The translations under genes were made by a program, and so were the position numbers. A model generated the notes under the pieces. It saw only the letters and a list, made by a program, of their open reading frames with translations, did not search any database and was not told where the DNA came from. A DNA stretch of 64,000 nucleotides from contig CM082583.2 in assembly GCA_040954595.2 (NCBI GenBank), positions 2,551,060-2,615,059 of the forward strand, given 5' to 3'. This DNA comes from Balanoglossus misakiensis. Lineage: Eukaryota > Animalia > Hemichordata. Positions 15,001-26,800 of the stretch are shown piece after piece. Within the stretch, counting starts at the first letter, position 1. Each line of letters begins with the position of its first letter.

Positions 15001-18000
15001 AGATTTGACATTTCTCCAACGCATTTTACAGTTGTCTCTTTCCGATGAAGAGGGCGGTCTTTCTATAAAACTGGTCCGAGATGTAAAGAGGGCGATAATG
15101 CACTCGGGGGCAATGTTCCACCCACAACCGGATGTAAGCGAAGGAGGCAAATACGAGGTAGGGTAAAATAGGGTCCTGTCTTCATTGATGTCAATTTTTC
15201 AAGTGTTATAATAAAACATACTATGGTGCGATGGTGGATGCTGGTGGATACGGGTCTTGTGATGAGAGAGGTGGTAATTTTCATTTTTCGTTTTATACGT
15301 TCGCCAACTATCGATATTTCACTGTCATAGCGGGGGGGGGGTGTGACATGGAAGACGTAAAAGGAGACCGTAATACACAGATCTCTAAATTCCTGATTTT
15401 CGGATAAAGAATCTATTTTCCACCGGTTTTCCTTACAGCTGGAGATCCTTGCTGCATCAGGAGAGCACGGTGCAGTGACAAGTGTGGTTTTCTGGGATGG
15501 CCCAAGTGGTGTTGTGGGTGATTTTGATATTCCCTTTGATGACGTTGACCGGGAGAATGGCGTGCGAGAGTTTGGTGCCTGTGAACTTTGCTGTAATGTC
15601 AACCAAACCATCGAGTCACAAGGTAGGTCTATGACAGAACCCCATGGCTCGATCGTGCAAGCACGGCGTAACGGTAGTATTTGCATCGAGTGTCTGGCGG
15701 TGTATTCTTGCGCCCGTCCTCCGCACGAGCGACAGCAAGAATACACCGCCAGCACGAGTGCAAATACTACCGGTACGCCGTACTTGCACGATTGAGCCAT
15801 GGGGTTCTGTTTTTATTACATATGTTCATCCCATTTTGTAAAAAAGACCGAAAATGAAAGAAATGAGACCGCGGAATGATATTGCTTGTTTCGTGAACAG
15901 GCCACTCATTTGCATACAGGTATGGCATAATGTTTTTGGTATTGCACTGAGTGCAAGTACCGATGTTACGCGCGCGCTCGGTGCAAGTAATCGACGGTAC
16001 ATATGTAATAATACACTTCTCACTTTGGGCCTATATGCAGTTTAACAGATATCAAATTCATTATATTAATTCAAATTACAACTGGAAATCTATTAAACCC
16101 ATTGAAACAGTCAACGATTGCAGCTAGACCACGCCAGGGTTGACCGATCTGTGAGGTAGACGATTTCTTTACAACCAAAAGGTAGTTCCGGTAACAAACT
16201 CATTTGCATACAGGTATGGCATAATGTTTTTGGTATTGCACTGAGTGCAAATACCGATGTTACGCGCGCGCTCGGTGCAAGTAATCGATGGTACATATGG
16301 CCAAAAAAAAGAGTTTTGTTTAGCGTCCTCGCGCGCGTCACTTTTAAACATGCGCGTCGAGGCTTTTTTTTCGTAATTTTCGAACCCGGAAATCAACTCA
16401 GTGTTTTCTCCAGGACGCGCGATCGCGCGCTTCCCCCTCTTTTACACTTGAATCGCCCCTTGTAACAAGTTCAGGGGGCGACAATCGCCTCTTCGTGAAC
16501 AGCCCACCCAGCCAGTACATGCGCGTCCAAGCCTCCATAGCAGGCACCGTCAGTCAAAACACTGGGAAAACGGCCGTGGTGGCCTATACATTTTAACTTC
16601 CCACCCCCCAAAACTATGTTGTAGATGACTTTCACATTAATTTACGTGTAATTTAGCTCCAGGGCTATAGTGTGCAATTGTTGGAACAGCCTATCTGGAT
16701 ACCGTCTAAATTTAGAGCACACACTCTGCACTCAAGTGAACTTGTTGTTATGGCGACTTTTGAAATTGGGTTGGCAGAACGTAACAATTGTATGCAAATT
16801 AAAGAAACTGCGTTCCTGCCATGGCGATTATCAAGAATGTATCAGTTTTCCATGATCTTGTTTTCTTACTTAGGAAGGAAAGTAATTCAATATGTACAGA
16901 GACTGTTATTTGAGTAGTGTGCCTAGCCACAGATGGGGAATGTAGGCAGAAATCGGAAGGAAAATATACCACTTCAATTTATTTAACTATTAATGGTTTC
17001 ACAATCTAATATTTTGGCAGCTAAACTGAAACTTTTAAAATCAAACAAGAAATTTTTTTCTCAGGTATAAAATTAAAGAAAGACACTATTGTTTTTGCAG
17101 TTGCATTTATTTTATTCATTTCACTCTACTTGCCAGGGGAGCAGTTAATCAGTCACTCTCCTACCACTTGTGTAATTAATTTCAGGAGAGTTATTTTCAG
17201 CTCTCCAGCATTTTTTAAATTACATGCCCTGAAAGTTATGCAAGCTGGTCTCTTCCTCTGCAAAATCTACTAATTTAAAGTCGAAAAAACTGTAACTGTT
17301 AATATGTTGTCAAGTTCACATGTAAAATGTTGTAATTTACTTATGCTGTTTTTAATATGGAATGAAGGCAGTTAGTAAGTTGACGTTCAAAATTGTCATT
17401 CCTTGATTTTTACCCAATTAACATAAATTACGCAAATCATGAATCCCCCCTACTTTGACCAAATCCCCCCTTAATTTTGGACTATTAAAGAAATATTTGC
17501 TGTACTTGTTTCGCATTTCCAGTATTTTTGTTTTGTGTATCAAGTGCATATACCGAGTACTCCACGCGCAACATAACCTTTATGTATATAACGACCATTG
17601 TTATTGTTGACGATTGAATTATAGTCCAGACTCGAATTAGAACTTGGCGCAATAACGTTTACTGTACATGTAATATCTGTTGTGTTGCTCAGTTAAATGC
17701 TGGGCGTTTTTTCATATTTCATGAATTTGATCAAGAATCTACAGTAGATACACAAAACAAAAACACTATAATAATTATGAAAAGTTGCAGCTAATGGAGC
17801 TTTATTTTTATCTTTTAACAGAGAGCAGTTGTCCGTGTAACTGCACTCAGTACTTGTCAGGTCTTACCACAAGCTTCACGTCAACTGCGTCCACTACAAA
17901 GGTTACAACCAACCCATCAACCGAAATGACAACAAGCCCTTTCCCGTGGCAGATCATTGAGGAGGTAAATGAAGACGATACTTTCAAGGGCGACTATCAC

Positions 18001-19498
18001 TTGAAGTCAATATCACACCATTCAGTAGGCTTTCAGCTTCACCCGGGTAAGGTTCGATTTACAGGCCCATTTTGTGGGCATCTATATTTATACAATAAGA
18101 CAATATCTATATTTTTGTACATGGAACTGCCTCGGGGAAACAAAAGGCAAGATGCGTATGGTTTATCCTCCTTTTTAGATATTCACCACTCGACAGTTTG
18201 ATATATCCACACTAACACATGATTTCTGTACATTTGTTTTAGCCGTGCGAGTAGGGGACAAAATCAGGCATTTTATAGCGTTGTGGTTTCGGTTCCAAAA
18301 CAGCACAGAACCTGTCCAATATGACTTGGCAGAGTTGAACTTTGACCCATCAGCTGCGTGGCATTCGTACAGGTTAAACGTTATTAATGGAATGGTAAGG
18401 AACGCTGAAGATAATTATTCACATGTTTGTAGCATTAATTCAAATCCCAAGAGGTGGCAATTTGAATTATTCTCAGGATTTACTTTCAAACTTCGATGGG
18501 ACAATATAAAAGACTCACTTATGAGTATATGCAAACGTACAACCAATGATTGAGGCTGAATGTTTAAATGTAAAAGAAGCTGATAAAACAACGAGTGCCG
18601 CACACGTTCCTTTGACCTCCAGTTGAAAGAGTACCCAACTATCGTGGTATGCACACATGGGAATTAGAATATTCACAACTGTGTCGTCCGTTAACTAAAG
18701 ATAATGATAAAATATGCTAATATCCTCTGTAGTCCTTTGTGAATTGTTTTATGAAAATTGCATGAAATTACATGTCTTGTGGGCCATTAATTTCGCAGAT
18801 TAGACAGTTTCAAAATATCATTACATTAAATGAAAACTATTATTTCGCAATATCTGTCGTTACTTTATTCTTCTAGGATACAATGTCAGTAGAACTAAAC
18901 GCTGATGGAAAATCTGTCATGTTAATGTCAGGGATTCCAGTGTTGTCACCAGACGCACGATTTGTCCTATCTGCTTGGCCAAGACACGCCATTGTCTCAC
19001 CACTTAATGACGTATTTCATCCGCCCTCCACCACAGCAAGGTTCCGAAATGTCAGGTGTGGTAATCATAAAAGATGTTAATTCATACACTAGCGCTTTCG
19101 TTTAATGTAAGCACTATTATAAGAAAAGTCTATGTTACAGGGCTAGGGAATTGTTGTGTACTTGACAAATCGTATGGTTATGGTCATCTGGCCAGGCACC
19201 CAGCCAAGTTGATTTTGTTAATCGGTGGCATTGTACCAGTATACGCAGTGTTTCAGTGTGCACGATATACAAATAGCTAATACATTCAAATAAAGTGACT
19301 GTTATGTTCGTGTCTTTTTCCATTTCTAAGATTTCCACTATTGGCTGATGCTTTATGTAAATACGGCGAACCTTTCCGTGATGGCGACAATGCAATCAAG
19401 GCATTTTTTGCCGGTGTTGGATCTCAAAAACTACTAGACGACATTGTGGCTTTCCAAGAGGTTAGTGATGATGTACGAATACTCAAAGCATTAAAACA

Positions 19499-19535
<37 letters not shown>

Positions 19536-19574
19536 ATGTATGTATGTATGTATGTATGTATGTATGTATGTATG

Positions 19575-19608
<34 letters not shown>

Positions 19609-22600
19609 TGTATGTATGTATGTATGTATGTATGTATGTATGTATGTATGTATGTATGTATGTATGTATGGACGGATGTAGTAACAAATGGAATCTGTCA
19701 CAACATGCACAGATATAATAATGCTACCAATTTTACGGAATAGCATGTTTCATTAAAGGCACGTAAGCTGTAACTTTTGGGATAATTTTCATAATTTTTG
19801 TTTCACACTGCACTACCATTAGTCCATGCAGATGAAGGCAGTGAACTATACACAAGCATTATAAACCCTAAATATGAGTGCATATGCAAGTTTTAACCAG
19901 ATAAATAATAAAGCTTTGCTGCAAGCGATTATGGCCGCCACCGTGGGAAAATGAAAGAAACAATGAAAATGTCGCATTTCCGGTTGTGAAACTTCATAAA
20001 CAAAACATGATCTCATCCACTTGAGCTCATGGAAGTAAATGTACACCACTGAGACATCAGATTTTCATTTTTCATTGCAAATTGCACTTTTTTAAAAATT
20101 TCAGGAATTTTCGTTTTTCTTTAATTTTTGGCCATTTTGTCATAAATAAGTGTTGAGTTTGATATATTATCATGAAATAGCATTTAATAGATATAATTAA
20201 AGGCATATATGAGATTATTTAAAACATTGATTTTTTATCCAGTTGCAGCTTACGTGCCTTTAATGTTTCTCCTAAATCTCATTTACAGGTAGTGCGTCCT
20301 TGCTTGGCGTGCACCAACCCTTGTGAGAAGACCAATTGTGATCCCGACTGTTCCATGAATGATGTGAACGATTATAGGCTAGTTCTTGAGGGTTTGACTT
20401 TAAATTCTTCCAGAATGATTGAAGACGGTGGTATATTGAAGAGTGTACCAGCAGTATATCACCTGTCAATAAAGGCCGTGACAGGCATGTTTACATTCGC
20501 TTAGTAATGTTCAATAACTGCGATTGTTAAAATGCATATACGTGTGTTGTAAGAAAAAGTCGGACATTTACTAACGACTGCTTATGTGTATCTATGAACC
20601 TTAAGTGGAATCGTAAAATTGTTAACAATTGATCGCACATTGAGAGTCATAGCGTGGCAAAGAATAGGACGATATATAAGAGCGGTACCAATCTACGCCA
20701 AAAGTTTTTCTGCCATTATGTACTAGCATTGTTTTTGAAGAGAAGAACGGAAGTTGTGCTTATTTAAATGCATTGGTCCACAACAAAGAAGATCGATAAT
20801 GGGCCGACAGCAGAAGGAACGCATTTTGACAACTTGAAGGAAGACAATGCATTATCCCTGTACTATAGGCCAGTTACTACATTTGTTACAGCCCCAGTAA
20901 CTCAAACTTTAGGTTATTTTCTTAGTGTTTGGGGGTGTATCAACTGTTGTTTCTTGTTCTATTCTGCAGAATAGATCGGTATTTTTAACACGACTTGTTT
21001 TATATTAATCAACATTGTCACTGTTGAAATGGAATTCAAGTCCGGACTTTAATTCCTTTTGCCAACAATAACAATGGCCGTTATCCATATACAGGCTTTA
21101 TTGCACAATTTCATAAAACTATTCACCATTCATTTTGTCATGTAGGGTCCGGGAGATCTGCACTGGCTTCGTCGAATGGTGTGTACGTGGATGACACACC
21201 CCCTGTGTTTGATTACCTTTACCACGTGGATTTGTCTTGGTCATTGTATCAACCAGTGGAGTACCAGGGAAGCAACACAACTATTGCTGTCCGCTTCAAT
21301 GCATACGACATAGGTAGTAAGGTACGCCCAGTAATGAAATTACTCTCAAGTCTACAGGTGCCTTTTTGGAATACTTAAGTGTAGATATTGCCCTAAAATA
21401 ACATTAGCTGAAACTTGTGGCTTAATTTTCAGTATTTTTGTTCGGTAAACCAAATGGATTCGTGTTCTACTCCAAAGAACATGCTAATATATCACGTAGG
21501 CCTACTCCGCTTGTCAACATACCCTGCATGTGTGTGCTACGGCCATTGCTATTGTTGACAAGTCAATTCTAGTCTGGACACGAATTAAAATTTTGCAGTA
21601 TGATAATGCTGACTATATGCACATATGTTGTGTTAATAAGCTGGATTTTGAGCATGTCATCATGCTTGAGGGATTTGAACAAGAAAATGTAGCAGTATTT
21701 CTGTTCTGTGTATTAAGTACAATTTTCGGGGTGCTACCCGTAAGATGCTAAAATCCCTGTATTCCGCTTGTCAGCATCTCATCGATGTGTGTATCCAACG
21801 CTGTAATTAATGACGAATGAATAACTGCAGCGTCTTCAATTCAGTTTTCAACAGTAACATATGGCTTTGTTGATCTTCGATTCCATCATGGATTAAAGTA
21901 TCGTCAGGGGATATACAAAGCACAGTGACAAAGTTGTGTAATCACGTTACATCTAAAAAGTTTACACTGTTCACCTTTTGCCGAATAATTATCCATAAAA
22001 ACAAGTCTCAAACTGTGGAAACAGCTTCTGAAATCAGAAATTAACGTATTGTTTATATCATATCGTACCTTTTTCCTGTACGCAGCCATGTCCAACATAA
22101 CAAACATCTCTAATATATCAGTGTTTTGAAGCATAAAAGGTGATCACTTTTCAAGCCTTTCATTAAAGAAAAAACAACGCTATTCACTTGTGGACTACTT
22201 CATCAGGTCAAAGAATACAGATGGGCAATAGGAAGCGAACGTAACTTGACTGACATTCAGGACTTTGTCTCAGTTGGATTGGATACACTTGCCGTTAACG
22301 ACAGTCTAGGTGGCGTACTCGAGGACAAGGAAACTTATTACGTCATGGTACAAGCTATCAACCGAGCCGAATTGATAACATCCGAAGTTACCACTGGTGA
22401 GTTTTGATAGAATTTCCAGAGGCAACATGCATTGCCAAAGCATTTGGGAAGATGGTAGGAATTCGTGATGGTTGCGATTTGAGCTGATGACTGGATACTA
22501 GAATTTCCGAAATTGCTAAATCTCACTCACTTTCTAATTAATTGGTCCAGTCAATAACTTAGCCACCTTGCTGCGTGGGTAATTCTTATGCAATTTCCAA

Positions 22601-23763
22601 TGCATTAGTTGTAATAATTGATTGAAGAAATATCTAATTATCCTTATCAGAATAGTAATAGGTCGGATAATAGATGTGACTTGTAACATGGACTCTATCA
22701 GTTTTATAATGTCTGCCAGTCATACCAAGCCTATACCTTCCCTACACTGGACGCTCCTCATTTACCTTCCGCTGGATATTGTTATGTTTATAGGTGTCAC
22801 TTTGATGGCAACGCCGCCAGCGGTCTCAACAAGCAATGCAACGAGCGAGTGTCCAGATGACGACATAAATAAAGATCTGCCCGACGCCAACCTTTGTGGA
22901 AGTCAATCGAGTACAGGGATGAAATGGTCAAGAGTTGAAGATGATTCTGTCGACAGCTATCGTAGGCCAATTTGCATATAATAGACCACTTTCATGACCT
23001 CTGAGTGACATAACATCTTGGTATTTTGTTAGTATGACACGTTCGACGTTACATACAGCATACGCCCTTCTGTAACCGACATAATTCAAATGTTTTGTTC
23101 CATAAAGAGATTCAGAGTGCTCAAATTCAGTAGTATATAGTATATATAGGTGACTATGCCAGAGTTTTAACACAGAATGGTAAACTCATACCAACGAAAT
23201 CCCAGTATGTAAAGGTCAGATTGGGGTCATGAAAGTGGCTTATTAGCTGGCTGCTACTCCGTGTTTCTTTTCCATGCAGTTACAGTTGACCAGAGTTTCA
23301 ATTTCGCAATTGCTTGATGACCTTACCGCAGTACGCAAATCAGTCACAAACTACAGTAAAAAAGATGTAGAAGTTTTTGCTACATTAAAATATGGAAGGA
23401 TTCCCTATGGAAAGAAACTTGAAGAAGAAAAGAGATGGTCATCCTTTTTCATGAAATGATTAATTTGTCTGTGAAGTGTTAACATAGAGATTGGCAGTCC
23501 TTTTGAATTTGAATTTAAGGCAGTGTGACATTCGATTTTGGCATGGTGACCCGATATTTTTATACTAGTGTTATATTCTTGCCCTGAGCAAATTATGAGA
23601 AAAATTTCCAAACTTTGATTATGCAGGTGCATCTACAACCTTTATTGTCAAGGTTGCATTTTTCTTGAATTATGTATACTGACCGTTTTACATGCTTTTT
23701 TATCTAATACTTTTGACACAATGTTATTAATTAATTAATTAATTAATTAATTAATTAATGTAT

Positions 23764-23814
<51 letters not shown>

Positions 23815-26800
23815 TTCATTTATTTATTTATTTATTTATTTATTATAGTGTTTTCTATTGGAAGTTCGGAAGATGACAAGGACATCTTTCCTGATTTGCG
23901 AGTTGGTTACAACACATCTGGTGATGTCGAAATACAGAACGGAGCTGTTTACGTCGGTGACAAGCACATCGCAAATGTTTCAGGTGTCAGAGAAGTTCGA
24001 GAGGGAGAAGACACGGAAGAAATGAAGAATAGATTTCACATGGAACCAGGAAGGTTGTGATTGATATTGCATACACCCTTTTCAGAAGCCTAGCGCCCTC
24101 AAAAGGTCATCATGAATTGAAACTCGTAGCGAGGCCAATGGGAACACCCCTTGATGTGATCGGGCAACTTTTCCCCTGTGGCCTCGCTTTGAGTTCAAAT
24201 TCACAATGGCTGTGTTAGGGCGCTAGAGTTATGAAAAGGGTGTATTACAAGCACCTTTTCATGTTTTTTTTGTATAGCGCTGACACTGATGTTTTTGTAG
24301 TCCTGGGAAAGACAATACCATCATGTACATGTAAATGTACTTCTAAACTGTTTAGAATGGTAAATTCTAACTATTGGTCCGGTTATTTTCAAATTGTTTG
24401 AAGACACGGTAAATGACGCAACCCACACACGTACGCCTACTACAACATTTAATACATTCTCCTGTACGATTTAGCCCCTTACTATTTGCATAATTGTGTT
24501 GACGTTAGATGAAAAAGAACCACCAACGACAATAAAGCTTATTTTTTTATTTCTCTCCAGAACAATGTATTCGAGAATCACTGTTTGTAACAAAGGTCAC
24601 AAGTGTGGAGCAATGGCAGCTTCAAAAACAACCATATCTAGTAAGTATCTTTCTAACCAATATGTTTTAAGTATTTTTGTTTTATGTATCTACTGCAGTT
24701 TCTTGTTCAAAGTCCTGAAACATGATGAAATACCCAGCATTAAGCTTATCAACACAACATATTTGTTTATAGTCATCATTGTTATTGAGATCAAGTCCGG
24801 ACTAGAATTCATTTGTCAACAATAACAGTGGTTGTCACATACAGGCTATGAGGGCAAATGGAGTAGTGCTGTTTGGAGTAGAGCAAGAAATTGCATTTGA
24901 TGCACTGGAAAAAACTGAAAATAAAGCCAAACGGTACTGCTAATGTCTCTTTAAAGAGTTCACAGAAACTGGGTTTTTCTACATTAAATGACATGTTTCT
25001 TAAAAATTACAGAGTAAATATGTTTCGAATTACTCAGCAATTGAGCAAAAGTTGCACGTAACGTTTCCTGACAAATGGGATCTTGACACTTTTTTGCAAA
25101 ACAGGGAAAGACGATACTCTGTCGAGCCCAGTGAATGGCTCCGGTGTCGATATCGCTCTATTAGATGACGTCAGTGCTGTGAGCATTCAATCCGACCCAC
25201 AACAACGTCAGAAAAAACGGAAAAGGAACGTGGATTCCACACAAGGTAATATTGTCTGTGACGTGTCATTCAAATCAGTGCACTGCCAAAAGAATATGAA
25301 AATGTGGCCAAGCAGATCAAGTTGCGAGAGTCAAGACGTGATTTTGCTCCTGGCAAAGATATCTACATTATCGATCTGCCTGTTATAAGCATTGTTTTCT
25401 CAATATCTATAGTTTATTATCAGATTAGAATCTGCGCCATAGTGACATAAGCAAGTCTAGAGAATGTATAAATTCATTTCAGGCGAAGATTTCAAATTCC
25501 TCGTATTCCTTAGTATTACATGGCTCACGAAACTGTTCATATTTTTAAAGAAAAAAAAAACATCTGGAAAAGTGTTAGTTTTCGGTTTTGCAGGGTACAA
25601 TTACTCATTGCGCAGTGGATGACCCTTAGCAATTCAAGAAGCTATACCACTGAATCCACATAGTGTTACTGCATTATTCGTAATACCATAAGATAAAGAG
25701 ATAAGCCGTTTCTCCCTATATTGCTTAATGCAGACGGCGACTCGGAGGAAGAGGTCACCCTGATGGCCGGCGTACTGTCTGGCGATGACCTGCTCGACAA
25801 GTATGCGTCGGACGCTTCGCGAGATTTTAACCCCTTTATCGTAAACCCACACACCACAATGGCTCAGACAGACAGGCTGCTAAGAAAAAGGTAATTTGCA
25901 TGTTCATGCATTTTGCACCAATATATAGGCCCTGTTAGTAATTCACATGGTAAACTATACGGTTGTAACGAAAATACAGTGTGTGGTATTATATTATACC
26001 AGTATATTGATGGTGTAAATCACGCTATTTGATTGGTCGAGACACGACACGTGACCGTGATATATTAGCCATATACCACAGTCATATATCATAGTCAAAG
26101 AAAATGCCTTTTTAAAATGTTTTATGCCAAGTTTCAATATACTGGCATAATATAATAGCAATAAAACACCCCCAGCCATGGTATACCACTCGATTTTGAC
26201 CAGTTCAACTCCATATACGCACTCGCTATCGCTCGTGCGTATATGTCGTGAACTGGTCAAAATCTCGTGGTATACCATGGCTGGGGGTGTTTTATTGCTT
26301 AAATAAATGCTCACTTCCTATTTCGTGATAGTGTTTATCACTACGAGAAACCAATAAAAAGAAAACATGTAGCTATCATCGACTGCAGAATAAGGCCAAG
26401 AAAATTGTGTGTTTCCGATAACCCAATCAGCCTTAGTTCAAACCCCATACCCTAAAACTCGGACACAGCATGATAAGACTCATCATTTCCCCTTTATTGT
26501 AGAATCAAATCTATCATCGGTCCTTCATTTTACACGACGACCGTCGGACGTAAACGCATGAAAGAACCCTTAAATATTACTCTTGGCTTTAACACGTCGA
26601 CCTACATGGACGTAAACGTTGGCATATTGCCGAAGCTAGTGTTCTGGCAAACAGGTATGTTCAATAAAATCACATTTAATTGGAACTTTTCCCCTATTTC
26701 TCAGTTAACATTTTTGGCAATTTTGATGAGGCCGTGGGGATTATATGTATATGGAAACTTGTACAAAATTTGATACTTTACTAATCTTTCCAAACAGACA

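Noticed and set aside
15063-15800. 245-aa minus-strand ORF
   Set aside because: Antisense to exons 23-24 plus a GC-rich palindrome; no recognisable motif.
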